NCBI GenBank assembly: GCA_030704615.1 | Contig: CM060732.1 | Location: forward strand, 2,852,001-2,916,000 | Direction of reading: 5' to 3' | Length of the DNA: 64,000 nucleotides | Origin: Takakia lepidozioides | Lineage: Eukaryota > Plantae > Bryophyta | In this document: piece by piece, positions 1 through 11,905 of the stretch | Layout: each line of letters begins with the position of its first letter | Position numbering within the stretch: position 1 is the first letter of the stretch | The notes under the pieces: generated by a model | The model's input: the letters and a program-made list of their open reading frames with translations, nothing else | Told to the model about the DNA's origin: nothing | The model's database searches: none | Made by a program: the position numbers and the translations under genes

Positions 1-320
1 ATCTCATGGTCAATGAGGGACCTAATGGGATTTGATCAATGGTGGCCAGCATTCGCCTACTTTTCGGCGAAAGTTGACTTTCTTCCAGACTCTCATGATG
101 TGGCAGAGGTCGATCTTCAGCAAGTGCTCGGGCTGCATGCAAATCGGCAACGATGTCATCCACATTCAGCAACAGAGCCCTCGAAACACGATGAAAACGG
201 TCTATCCATAGTCGCTTCCATTCCTCTACAACTGCCTTGATGCTACCCTTGAAACTTTCCAACACCCTCTCGCGGGCCTGGTCCCTAATCATTGTGTCGT
301 CTCGATTATAAGCCGCCTCG
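1..320 (-). pseudogene. 3' continuation of the RING-finger gene interrupted by the MULE
   Basis: The empty-site join (11963+ / TSD / 310-1) reads RMNEAYEAAYNRDDTMIRDQARERVLESFKGSIKAVVEEWKRLW... with no stop to the window edge. Confidence 0.7.
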
Positions 321-372
321 GGGGGCTGCTATTTCATGAGCGGCATGAGCATGAGTGGCATGAGCATGAGCG
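321..372 (+). repeat. Left TIR of the MULE, built from CATGAGC(GG) units
   Basis: gctatttcatgagcggcatgagcatgagtggcatgagcatgagcgg is an inverted match to 11906-11952. Confidence 0.9.
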
Positions 373-477
373 GAAAAAAAAAAAACATGAGCGGGCCGAA
401 TTGTGTCCACGGAAATAGGGTTAGGAGGCACGGAAATAGGGTCATGTGGACTCGTCATAGCAATGAAATGCAACATT

Positions 478-3400
478 TTATTGCAAATTTTGTGGCAAGC
501 CACGTCTATACAAATGTGTCCTAACTGTCATAGCAGGAATGTCTCCTACACCTTCCGAGGAACTTGGCCCTCCTTCTTCCTCATCCCCCTCATCCCCCCC
601 ATCCTCCGAGCTCTGTGATGCATCGGTTGCAGTATGCCTCTCAAAAATGTCGTCCTCTCCTTGGGGGACTGTCCACCTCACCTCCTGGGAATCTTCTGCC
701 TCTTCTCCCCCACTTTCCTCAGCAGAATCCAACACAAATCTACAAGCCCGACGGGCGCTAATAGCTGCTGCCTCCTCCATCATCTTCATTTTCTTGAGGC
801 TTGCTCGTCTAAAATCTGCTGTACACGACTAGGTTCGGAACACCTCCTAATGGACACCGAAGCAAGCCGGGCAGTATAAGTAGGAAGGATGTACTCCCTT
901 TCTGGACTAGGCATGAAATCCCCCCTGACAAAAAAAGGCACGTTCCTCCTGCCCATGAACTCCGGTGTAGACATCCTTCCTGCCGTACTTGACATCCTAC
1001 AGTAAGAACAAATCCACTTCAAGAATGTCAATACCAGCAGAAGCAGAAAGGGTTTTCAATGAAATAAGAGAGCGAAGGGAGGTGCCTCATGAAATCTGGA
1101 GGCAACTTACAATGCGACCACTCACTCGTACACCGGGGGCTCCTCGGCCTCGATCCCAACTTGTTCCTCCCCCTGCTCCTTCTCGGATTTTTCCTCATCC
1201 TCCGAGGATGCCTCTTCCTCTTTCGGCAGACGTTCAGCCGCTGCTAGTTCCGAGTTGTGGAGGGCAGTATCTGGCTTGAAGGCGAACACATGCCTATTAG
1301 ACAACGTCCCTGCCCACATTGAAGCACCTGAGGAACAAAGCGGGCGGTTAATAGCTTGCGGCATGCAATTGCAATCGGGCCAGGGGACAAACTGAGCACG
1401 TGAAGGCTTACCCGTGCCGCATGTGAGGTCCAGAATCCGCCCTTGGACATCCGAGCACGTCTCCATGAGGGTTTGGATGAAAGCAGGGCTCCGGGTCCGG
1501 CTGTACCGCCACGGTTTGCCTGTCTTTGTGTCCTTCAGCATACTGGAGTGGGGCACATAGTTGTAGAGGACATCGTAGGTAACAGGGTCCACAACGGCAT
1601 CAACAAGACGACCGTCGTTGCGGAATTTGAATGTAGACCCTCTCTTCACAAAGCAATATGCCTCAAACACCAATGTCTGCACATCCAACAAAAGAGGGAT
1701 CAACTCCGGGATCTTGTTTAGATACACCACAATATGAGGTGAATGCAATAGATTGATAACTTACACTTTGGCCCTCTGTTCGCAACCCCTGTGTATTGAT
1801 GCAGAACCATTTTCTGAGGAGGACCGGGGTGACACTTTTCGGTGTCCACCTTGCCACCGCATTCTCTGTGGTCTTCCCTCTTGTGGCAAGGACAACCACA
1901 AATCCACCGTCATCCAGAAGCATCCCCACCAGCCCAAACCCGGCTTTCCAGTACCTCAGTAAACCTGTTCCAGGTGGGCACACCATCCAGGCCCTCCAGC
2001 AGCTCCCCATCTGGAATGTCGAGGAGAATCATGTCGCAAGCTCTCTCCACCTCAACCCCCCCCCCGAGTGCTCTTGCAATCCGTGCTCACAGCCGTGAAG
2101 AATTCCATCATGGCTTCAAAACCAGGGGTGTCTTTAGGCTCTGTACCGGCAGCCCTCTTCTTGGCTTTCCCCTTCTGCTCCGCCAGAGACTTGCTGTGTG
2201 CCACCTTCTTCGCCTTGGCAGCGAGAGCGTCAAGGAAGCTCTCATTGACGCATTGGATGATGGTTGGAGGTTCTAGCTTTGGCCTGTGCGTAAACGTCAC
2301 CGCCGAATACCGCCGTGTAGGCTCGCACTCAAATGCCAACTTCTTGGCAGAGCCAGTCCCACTCCGAACTGACTTGGGAACCCGGACGACCGGTGACTGG
2401 GTAGCAGCAACAGCAGTCGCAGAACCTTGAACAAAGTCGTCGTCCGAGTCACTCTCTTGGGTCCCCTCCTGCGCCTGCTCCGATGCCCCGATGGTTTTCT
2501 GTTTTTTGGGTGTTACTGCACTCACATGTTTCCTTGTCCTTTTCCTTTGGCCTTTACTCTTCTCATTCAATTTCTCCTGAATTCCTGCCTGAGCAAGCTC
2601 TGCCGCTTTCCTGGAGTTCGCAAGCGCTTTTGCCTCTTTTGCACCCAGCGGAGGCAGCGGAGCCCGGTTTCGTCGGGCCTCAGCATCCAGCTTCAATTGA
2701 AACTCAGATGGGTCGAGCATGCCGGGCGGAAGGTCCACATACCAAGGGCAATCACGCAAATGTTCCAGATGCCACTCCTTCACAATATCGTCAGTGTACA
2801 TGGAGTCAGCCCCAGGGTTCCTCCATGCCAGGAAGAATGGTGGCTCGAAAGACAGATGATCTTTCTCCAAAAGGGAGAACTTGTAGTACCTGCATTCATG
2901 AAAAACACAATGAGGTCCCTGAACTGCAAATTCGGCACCATTTTCCCAGGTTGGGGCGAATCTGAGTGGGCCTAGAAATGGAAAAATGGCGCCGAATTTC
3001 GGTTTTCGGTTACTGCCACCCTAGGGACTTAGCCATCTTGGGAGCCCTGAACTGGAAATTCGGCGCCATTTTTCCCGGTTTGGCCCGAAGATGGCTAAGT
3101 CCCAGAACGGCAATAGGGCCTAGAACTGGAAAAATGGCGCCGAATTTCCAGTTCAGGGCCAGCCACCCTAGGGACTTAGCCATTTTTGGAGCCCTGACTG
3201 GAAATTTGGCGCCATTTTCCCAGGTCCGGCCCGAAAATGGCTATGTCCCAGAACGGCAATAGGGCCCAGAACTGGAAAAATGGCGCCAAATTTCCAGTTC
3301 AGGGCCAGCCACCCTAGGGACTTAGCCATTTTCGGAGCCCTGACTGGAAATTCGGCGCCATTTTCCCACGTCCGACCCGAAAATGGCTAAGTCCCACAAG

Positions 3401-4765
3401 GGCAATAGGGCCCAAAACTGGAAAAATGGCGCCGAATTTCCATTTCAGGGCCAGCCACCCTAGGGACTTAGCCATTTTCGGAGCCCTGACTGGAAATTCG
3501 GCGCCATTTTCCCAGGTCCGGCCTGAAAATGGCTAAGTCCCATATGGCCTTGACCTGGAAAAATGGCGCCGAATTTCCAGTTCAGGGCCAGCAACCCTAG
3601 GGACCCTGATCTGGAAATTCGGCGAAAAATGCAAGGACTGAAAGGAAGGCATCGCGTATGTACCTGTACAGAAGGCGCATTGTTGCTTTGTCCGCGTTCG
3701 GCTGGTCGATGAACTCGTGGCTCCGGCGGGCATGTGGTATCTCCCGAAAGAATAGGTCGGTTTTGTAGAGCAGAAAGTACCTCGTCACATAGTCGCGTAG
3801 GCTCTCTGCTGCAGGAGAAATCTCCATCTTGAACTGATGTGCTTGTGTGTCCAGCTGCTCTTGCACATTCGTCGTCATCTGTGGAGATTCTCCATCAGAT
3901 CGCATTCCTGAAAAAATACAATGAATCCACCCCCTACAAGAGTAGAAGCGCCAAACGAAGCGTGGGGAAGTACCTGAAACCACCATGTCATGCGGTTCAT
4001 CCACATGTCGAATGTGGGGTCAGACAGTTTGTCCGGTTTGGGGAAGCTCCACATGTCCCTTGTACTTTGGGAACCATTCCAGATTTGGAGCCACCGGGTC
4101 TGTCCAACCACCCAGCATATTCGTAAGCGCCAAACACCACAAAAACGAGTTGTTGCCACCACAATTTGGTTAAGAATGTATCACCTTTTCTGCACCATCC
4201 ACACAGGATGTGGCTAGACAATGGAGCTTCTCCAATGTCATCGTGGGCTTCAGAGCGCGGGAGTAGTGCTTCCCCACCTCCACCAGAAAGTCGGCACCAA
4301 GGGCGGGATCAGCTATGGCCACGTACTTTACCATCCGCGACTTGTACTTTATGCGGGCCCTCACCTCCGCAGCTTTGAGATACAATTCGAGTGCCGGGAG
4401 GGTTAGATTCTTCTCCTCTGACTCCATGTAGAACCTCCGCGCATGTGCCAAATCCTGCTGAATTTTCGTCTGTCAAGAATGCGCACATAAGATTAGAGAT
4501 CCTGCTCAACACTTTTTCTTCTATTGGGGGAGAAGAGACAGATTAGCTCAACAAAACAGTCAGGAGCTTTACCCGAAATATGTAGTCCACCATGACGTCC
4601 ATGCTCAACCTATACCAGGTTCTATCTGCCTTTGCCTCCGACTTGCGCAGGAGGTCGGCACTGAGTGAATTGGCAAACTCTTGCACCCCCTGCTTCCCGA
4701 CATCCTTCACTCGGAAGAGCATATGGGACAAGTTGGTGGCAATGAAGGCATTCTCAGTCACCCTG
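478..4765 (-). pseudogene. MULE accessory gene: multi-exon protein with an N-terminal region of unknown function, a K-rich linker, a beta-class N4-C/N6-A DNA methyltransferase-like domain and an acidic tail; frameshifted
   Basis: Spliced reconstruction gives CDMILLDIPDG (motif IV position) ... VPTWN ... LVGMLLDDGGFVVVL ... RKWFCIN |intron 1764-1677| TLVFEAYCFVKR ... PWRYSRTRSPAFIQTLMETCSDVQGRILDLTCGTG |intron 1411-1328| ASMWAGTLSNRHVFAFKPD, the IV...X-I-II order of N6_N4_Mtase proteins. Further probable GT-AG introns at about 4572-4456, 3663-2892 and 1125-998. Frameshifts at the C10 run 2056-2065 and near 1955. The 5' start is not resolved. Confidence 0.75.
2915..3630. repeat. Tandem array A (unit about 146-147 bp, about 5 copies) inside an intron of the methyltransferase-like gene
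   Basis: CCTAGGGACTTAGCC recurs at about 3020, 3167, 3313 and 3459. Each unit has CTGGAAATTCGGCGCCATTTT and its reverse complement AAAATGGCGCCGAATTTCCAG. Confidence 0.92.
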
Positions 4766-5159
4766 CAATGCCACATTTCCATCAAACAATTCTGAAATGG
4801 GAATTTACAACAAATATGAGGATTCGCAATGAAATGACTTACAATCGGATGGGTCCAAAAGCAAGAGGCGTTGTAACTTGGGCGATTCAAACATGCGATG
4901 AGTTGGAGCGGTCGATGATACCACCAGCGTGCCGGGCTCGTCGTCACTCTGTCATTCCCAAAATCGTCAGAACCAACATCGGTGCCAAAACCAGCATTGC
5001 AACGAGCAGCGCAACCACCATAGCAACAATCGTGGAACAACAATGAAAACAAAACAAGTTTAGGAAGTATGGAGTGCCATGGAACAACAATGAAAAAAAA
5101 TCCAACCAATGCCTAAGAATGACATGCTTCCAGCGATGCCAGGATGAAGATGCAAAAAC

Positions 5160-5223
5160 GAAGCGAAACAACAAAGCGAAAGCGAAAGCAAAAGCAAAAG
5201 CGAAAGCGAACAAAGCGAAAGCA
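5160..5223. repeat. (AAAGCG/AAAGCA)n hexamer microsatellite
   Basis: aagcgaaagcgaaagcaaaagcaaaagcgaaagcgaac. Confidence 0.8.
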
Positions 5224-5564
5224 GAAGTGGCTTGCCTTAGAGTACTCGGCTTCAGTTGGCGTGGGTTGTGAGCAAGACACTGGAATCTCCTGCTGGAGCT
5301 TAAGTTTGGCCATGCGAGAGATTGGCCGTCGTCCGTAGTACAAAGCTTTCAACTTCCGCCGCGGTCTGGATGTGAGGTTTCTCTCAGGAGAGCCACGCCC
5401 TTCAGGCGACATAAGTCCCAGCCAAAATGGAAAAAGATCTCAGTTTTTTGGGGTACATGCCTCGAATAGAAGTTAATCCAAGATTAGCATCAGATTTAGG
5501 GTATGTATCGAGGAAGCCATGTGTCGCCAGCCCAAATAAAAACAGACGACGGTGGACATTTAAT

Positions 5565-6350
5565 GCCCATCCGCCAGGTACGGCGGCGTGCAAAATTTCC
5601 GTTATGCAGGTAATTCGGAGAGCAGCAGGATGGAAATTCAGCGCCGAATTTCCACTTTGCCAGGTAGGGCGTCGCGCGAAATTTCTTTCACGCAGGTAAT
5701 TCGGAGCCGGATGGATGGAAATCCGGTGCCGGATTTCCATCCTGCCAGGTAGGGCGGCGCGCGAAATTTCCGCCACGCAGGTAATTCGGAGCCGGATGGA
5801 TGGAAATCCGGCGCCGGATTTCCATCCTGTCAGGTAGGGCGGCGCGCGAAATTCCGCCACGCAGGTAATTCGGAGCGGACGGATTTCCATCCGCCAGGTT
5901 GGTCGGAGAGCGGATGGATGGAAATCCGGCGCCGGATTTCCATCCTGCCAGGTAGGGCGGCGCGTGAAATTTCCGCCACGCAGGTAATTCGGAGCCGGAT
6001 GGATGGAAATCCGGCGCCGGATTTCCATCCTGCCAGATAGGGCGGCGCGAAATTTCCGCCACGCAGGTAATTCGGAGCCGGATGGATGGAAATCCGGCGC
6101 CGAATTTCCATCCGGCAGGTAGGGCGGCGCACAAAATTTGCGTCATGCAGGTAATTCGGAGCGGATCAGGATGGAAATTCGGCGCCGAATTTCCATCCTG
6201 CAGGTAATTCGAAGCCCGGATGGATGGAAATCCAGCGCCGAATTTCCATCCAGCAGGAAACTCGGATCGCTGGCGGATGGAAATTCGGCGCCGAATTTCC
6301 ATTCGCCAGGTAAGTCGAAGCGCCGAATTACCTTCCTGCAGGTAATTCTG
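5565..6350. repeat. Tandem array B (unit about 84 bp) carrying the 30-bp palindrome GGATGGAAAT(T/C)CGGCGCCG(A/G)ATTTCCATCC
   Basis: CAGGTAATTCG recurs at about 5607, 5693, 5778, 5862, 5981, 6064, 6148 and 6201, usually followed by the palindrome. Confidence 0.93.
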
Positions 6351-6459
6351 ACCGTGGCCGCTTGGTTTTTCGGAGAAAAACAAAGTAAACTGTTAGTTTT
6401 GTGGCTGAAGTCCACTTTTAGACACGTTTTTCATGGAATCCTTGACTGCTAGAGGGAAA

Positions 6460-7300
6460 TCCGAACGGCCTCGGACGGAAATTCGGCGCCGTTTTTCCAT
6501 CCTGGGAGGTTTTTATAGCGTCCAGTTTTGGGCCTCACCACTCGACCGGACTTCCTTTGAGGGGGCCCGGATGGAAATTCGGCGGCGAATTTCCATCCGG
6601 GGGATGGTCTCTGTCGGACAGGTGCCGGCCTCTACGCCCGAGGCGACTTCGTCCGGGCGTTACCTGTTGGATATTCGGTGCCGAATTTCCGTCCGGGGGT
6701 TGAAATGTGATGGCCGGGTGCCGGCCTCTCCCCCCTCCCCGACTGCATCGGAACGGCCCCGGATGGAAATTCGGCGTCGTTTTCCCATCTGGGGAGGTTT
6801 TTATGTCGGCCAGTTTTCGGCCTGCCCCCCGACATGACTTCGTTTGGGGGGGCCCGGATGGAAATTCGGCGCCGAATCTCCATCCAGGGGATGCTCTCTG
6901 CGAACACGCGCCGGCCTCTACACCCGAGGCGACTTCATCCGGGCTTCCCCTGTTGGATATTCGGTGCCGAATTTCCGTCCGGGGGTTGTAATGTGAGGGC
7001 TAGGTGGCGGCCTTTCCCCCGAGCCGACTGCATCCGAACGGCCTCGGATGGAAATTCGGCGCCGTTTTTCCATCCGGGGAGGTTTTTATGTCGGCCAGTT
7101 TTCGGCGTGACCCCCCGACACGACTTCCTTTGGGGGGATCCGAATGGAAATTCGGCGCTGAATTTCCATCCGGGGGTTGTTCTCTGTCGGACAGGTTCCG
7201 GCCTCTCTGCCCGAGGCGACTTCATACGTGCGGCCCCTGCTGGATATTCGGTGCCGAATTTTCATCCGGGGGTAGTAATGTGACGGCACGGTGCCGGCTT
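6460..7300. repeat. Tandem array C (unit about 285-290 bp, 3 copies, three palindrome variants per unit) upstream of the transposase
   Basis: GGAAATTCGGCG(C/T)CGTTTT(T/C)CCATC at about 6477, 6765 and 7050, interleaved with GGAAATTCGGCGCCGAAT- and GGATATTCGGTGCCGAATTT-type variants. Confidence 0.9.
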
Positions 7301-7656
7301 CTCCCCTTCAGCCGACATCATCCGGACGGCCCCCCACTTTCTGACTGCATACCGTTGGCAGTTATTGCGCAAAGACCAGGGGCCGCATTCCTGAGACAAG
7401 GTTCATTAACACTCTAACTGTGGATTTTTGAGATAGTTGGCTCCCTGGATTTGGATCAGGCTTCGTCGCTCGGACAAATCGGCACCGCATTCCTTCCCAT
7501 CGCTGCATCCCCCTTCTACCAGGGAGCTTGCCCACACGCCATCCTGGGAGTCTTGTGTGCACATCTCCCATGGCGGAAAACCCGAGCGCTACAGTGTACT
7601 GCCCTCCTCACGAGCATAGAGCTTCATTTCCGTGCAGAGGGGACATCTGCCGGGTG

Positions 7657-10600
7657 ATGGAGAAATATTTGTGCGTTCGATACCACCTGAAACCGGGGTC
7701 GGTTTTTTTAGAGGAGGAAATGAAGGACTCAAACGGCGTTGTTGTTGAGAGTATGTTGTGCTCCACGATGATTTCGGCGATGGCAGGGAATGGCGAGTTC
7801 CACCATCGGACAGCGTCATATACAGGGCTGTTGGGGACTTCATTTGCCCGCCAAATGCACCTTCTATCCTGGCGCCTTCCACGAAACAATCCGCGAATCA
7901 GAGAGTGGCTACCTCAAAGAGAGAAGTCCGCAACGAAGTAAATCCAGAGCCGAATCCATCCATGAAGACGAGTGAGAACCGGGTTGTTCACAACCTGTCC
8001 GACTCAGATGAGGTCATGGAAGTTTCAAGGTCGTCCTGGAGATCAGGCAAGTCCTCAATGGACGTCAGTGCACGAGGGAGTCATATTCCCAGCACGAGCA
8101 CCGCAGTTCGATCTATTCTTGAAATTCTGCGAGGGCTTCACATGGAGGGACACCGCTCGGAGCTCGCCGGACTGGACTACAACAAGTTCGTAATTAAATC
8201 GGTTACATGCGTTCCCGCAGACGTCGACGGTAATATCTTCTTTGAGTTCCCTCCTCGGACGGACTACTCGAGGGCGTCCAGAATGTTGACAGATATGGAT
8301 AGAAAACATGATGGTCATCCTTGGTGCGTCACCAAAACCACCAGCATGAAGATGCTCGATGGTGTGCGGGTGCGCTACGTTGTTTGTGCGGGCGCGTTGC
8401 GGTGTTTCTCCCCAACTTGCTTCCATTTTAAATCCAGAGGTCACAGGAACGAGACCGATTGGACAGGCACAGCTCATCAACCATTTCGAGCTCAAGAGAA
8501 GGTTCCGAACTCCATATTTAAGTGTGCGCATTGCAAAGAACCACCACACTGCATGTCTGTTTGTAATGCCAAGCAGTTCTACGTGTTGCACCGTTTCCCT
8601 GACCTCACCCGAGCTTGCATACACATTGGTTCCCATTGTCACAAATTGGCGAGGGGGAACTCGCGGGAGGCTGCCCACGAGGCAGAGCAGCTCGTACAGG
8701 AGGAGGTTAAGTTGAGACCGGGTGCCAAACCCAAACAGATACAGCTCCAAGCCGCCCATAAGATGGCATTGGCCAGAATTATGTCGGAAGACGGCTCCGA
8801 TAGAGTTCCTCTCGATGAGAAGGAAATGGAGGCATTGCTGGAGTCGGTGTCCCATGTATGTTCACCGAATGTCCGAAACCACATTGTCTCATGGAAACAA
8901 AAAATTGGGCGTGGCTCGGATATGCACTCCATTCTGGAGGTGAAGCGACGATGTGGATATGACTACACTCATGGAAGTAGGTTTCCAGGACAAGGGACTG
9001 AGGCAGATCGTTGTTTCGTATTCAAAATGTCCACGTGTGGACCTGGTAGCGGCATCGAACTGGTCGACAGGATGACGAGTGGGGACTTGTCAAACTGTTG
9101 GGTCATGTTCGACCATATCAAGCGAATTATAAATCACCAGTGGGTGACAATGGGTGCACATGTCTACGACACCCACTGTAAGATGCTAATGACAATTGCT
9201 ATTTGTGAGATGAAAGGAGATGACACACAATCGGAGATGCTTCTTTGGCAGGGAATAAACGAACAGATGGCCAAGGCGGGATCGCCCCCTCCCAATTTCC
9301 ATGGTTTCATGGCGGACAACGCACAAGCAAATTGGGCTGCCATCCGAAGGGTGTACGGGCAAGACCCCAATGTTCCCATGGAAGGCAAGGAGAGATGTTG
9401 TGGGTTCCATTTTCTGCAGAGCCTTTCGCAGTACACAACCAGGCTCGTGGCGCCGGATTTCAGAGAGGAGCACCGTTCCATGTGTCTTGCGTGGAAGCGC
9501 GCTCCCACCTTGGATGATGCAGAGACACAGTTTGCATGTATACGGGCTTGGTGGACATCGTCAAGTGCTGTAAGGAAATCAGACGAGGGAGCAATGGTCA
9601 GTTGGCTAGCATGGTGGCATTATCGTTCCTCCAGTTCGGCGACTATATGCGGGAGGTGAGTTGCACGAATTCGCGTCCCGTTGAATATTATTCTTGGCAT
9701 TATTTGTAACTTGCTTGTAACCTCAACATGTGCTTGTGCAGGAAATGTGTCTCGACTCCGACACCGACATGCCCACGACAAACATGGCCAATCAGTGCAT
9801 TCTTCCTGGCGTGCCTCCTCTGCGGCGCATCTGGTGGACATCCTCACTGCCACAACGGAGGACATTGTGAGGTCAATTATGCAGCAATGCAGGTACAACG
9901 AGTTCTTGAAAGGGAAATAGTGGGGCTTGGGGCCGGACAGGCAGGAAATGCTGATGTGGACTGCCTCTAGATCAAAGAATCCTCGGAAGTGGGCGGCGGC
10001 CTTGCGAGAGGGCCTGTGGGACACGCCATTGCTTCGAAGAGGCCAACATTTGGAAGGAGATGTTCATACCCGTCCAGTGAGACGAAGACTTGACGAGGCA
10101 CTTGGCGGGGAAGAGGATTCATGGCGAGCTGACAAGAATATTCGCACGCTCCCTCGTGGTCCCGTGATGTTGCCCGAGGAGGTCTCGTCGAGCACCGCAA
10201 GTCCTGCACGTTCAAGATCGCCATCTCCTTTGAGCACAGGGCACATGCCCGAGGAACATAACGAGCCATCTGTGGTAACGCAGTACAACATACCCATTGT
10301 GGAGACAAGAGTGTCGGAGTCACAGTGGAGAATTGCAAGGACATTGCCGGCATTTCGAGGGAAGTGCTGCGCCATTCGGGTGGATACGAGAGCACGCTGT
10401 GGTGAGATGATTCGGAGGAACCCACACGGTGCTGTACCTGCACCTTGTTTCAGCGGCAGATTTTTGACTCCCACATTTGCTCACGCCACAACGAAGACGT
10501 TTTGGTTCTGTAGGCACGACATAATGACCTGTGTATTTGGCAAGCCCAAGTACGGGATTCAGGGAATGCCGGAGCCTCCGGGCTTCTGGCCTGTTGCACC

Positions 10601-11159
10601 GGGTTGCAGCCTCTCTCAGAATGAGGCGGATGCTCTATCTGCAGCAGGATTTCGAATGGTGCAACGCACAGATGTCCCGGCCCACGCATTTCCAGTTCCT
10701 CAGACCCAGCCATTGCAGACTGCTCGGTCCAGTAGAGACGGATTGGACAATTCTGCACATCCCACAATGCGATTCGGAAGAGTGAAGAGACGACACCCTC
10801 CCAACAAGTTGAATGAGACTCGGATTGTCAATGCTCTTGGGATGGCTTGCACTATTCAGAGCTCCGTGGACGTACCTCCACCCGGCCTTGGGCGTGTTTA
10901 TCGGATGGCAACGGCCGGCTCGGCTGTACACGACGATGTATACACAATTACGATTGGAGTGGAGCCGACTTGCAATTGTACGGACTTCTCGTTGATGGAA
11001 GCAAAGAAGGGTTCAAACTATTATCTGTGCAAGCATCTGTATTACATTTACCTGAAGAGGTTGAGGATGAACGTGACTATTGATGACTTTATTCATGCAC
11101 CGGCGTTGAGCGTGAACGAGCTGCACAAACTCCTTCTTAGGGATTCCAGAAATCATTGA
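7657..11159 (+). pseudogene. MULE transposase (GCM/WRKY-like Zn DNA-binding domain, DDE core, Cys-rich region, C-terminal SWIM finger), disrupted
   Basis: GCM-like CAGALRCFSPTC...CAHC...C...HIGSHCH. MULE core VMFDHIKR / FMADNAQA / CGFH. Intron 9656-9741 (GTGAG...TGCAG). PTTNMA[E]SVHSSW with the catalytic E codon hit by a 1-nt deletion near 9790. SWIM CNCTDF...CKH. Other lesions: inferred frameshifts near 7755 and 9633, in-frame TAG at 9918-9920. Confidence 0.92.
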
Positions 11160-11317
11160 TGGGGCAAAGGGAATCCTCCATATGGATATTTTCAATTGCA
11201 TTTTCATGTATCAGATTTTTTTTTGCAGTGTAATGAAATGCACCCCAAAACTCCTGGAATGAGGCAATATTCCATTCAAACTGAGATCCAACAAAAGCAG
11301 TTGTGGGCCATTTCTAG

Positions 11318-11712
11318 AAAAATGGCGCCGAATTTCTCTATTTTGGGCCGAAAACTGGCTAAGTCCCAACATGTACTGGTACCCCTGTGTTTGGAAAAAT
11401 GGCGCCGAATTTCCCTATTTTGGGCCGAAAACTGGCTAAGTCCGAACATGCTCGGGAACGATGTCTGGAAAAATGGCGCCGAATTTCCAGTTACATGGCC
11501 CAGAACTGCCCAACATCTGTGCAATCCCCGGCACCATGTACCGAAATTCGGCGCCACATTTCCAAATTTTGGGCTTACACACCTGTCATGAGGGGACCTA
11601 TAGCCGCGGAATTCGGCACCATTTTGCGCCAGAGAGACCTATTACCGCGAAATACGTCGCGATTCTTTCCGGTTACGGACCCTATTACCGCGAAATTCGG
11701 CGCCATTTTTGC
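11318..11712. repeat. Array D: same AAAATGGCGCCGAATTT motif downstream of the transposase
   Basis: Motif at about 11319, 11396 and 11470, reverse complement at about 11544 and 11693; a CCTATTACCGCGAAAT duplicate is also present. Confidence 0.85.
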
Positions 11713-11905
11713 ACATGTCGCTGGGAATTGGCATGAGCGGAAGACGAAATATCATGAGCACAACTCTCAAAACTACAATTTCCCCTTCAAGGTGCCGAAT
11801 AATATATTTGTTTTTTCTGACACATTCCATTAAATTAATGTTTTATAATGTTTTTTATTTTCAAAATTTGTACTTCTGCTCATGAAAACCGATTGTCTTG
11901 CTACT

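Noticed and set aside
1122-2060. Bacterial restriction-modification gene or contamination
   Set aside because: The gene has GT-AG introns (one conserved in a second copy), lies inside a TIR/TSD-bounded eukaryotic transposon, and has no restriction endonuclease nearby.
4765-5420. ParB-like N-terminal domain for the methyltransferase-like gene
   Set aside because: ParB fusions occur in some amino-MTases, but I found no GxHR-type motif or convincing exon here; the 5' end is unresolved.
5402-7417. Long repetitive ORFs on both strands (MEIRRRISI / WKFGAEFP peptides)
   Set aside because: Translations of stop-poor palindromic tandem arrays; the same peptides appear in several frames and on both strands.
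8055-8855. 266-aa antisense ORF and other ORFs overlapping the transposase and LINEs
   Set aside because: Shadow frames of real coding sequence with no recognisable motifs.
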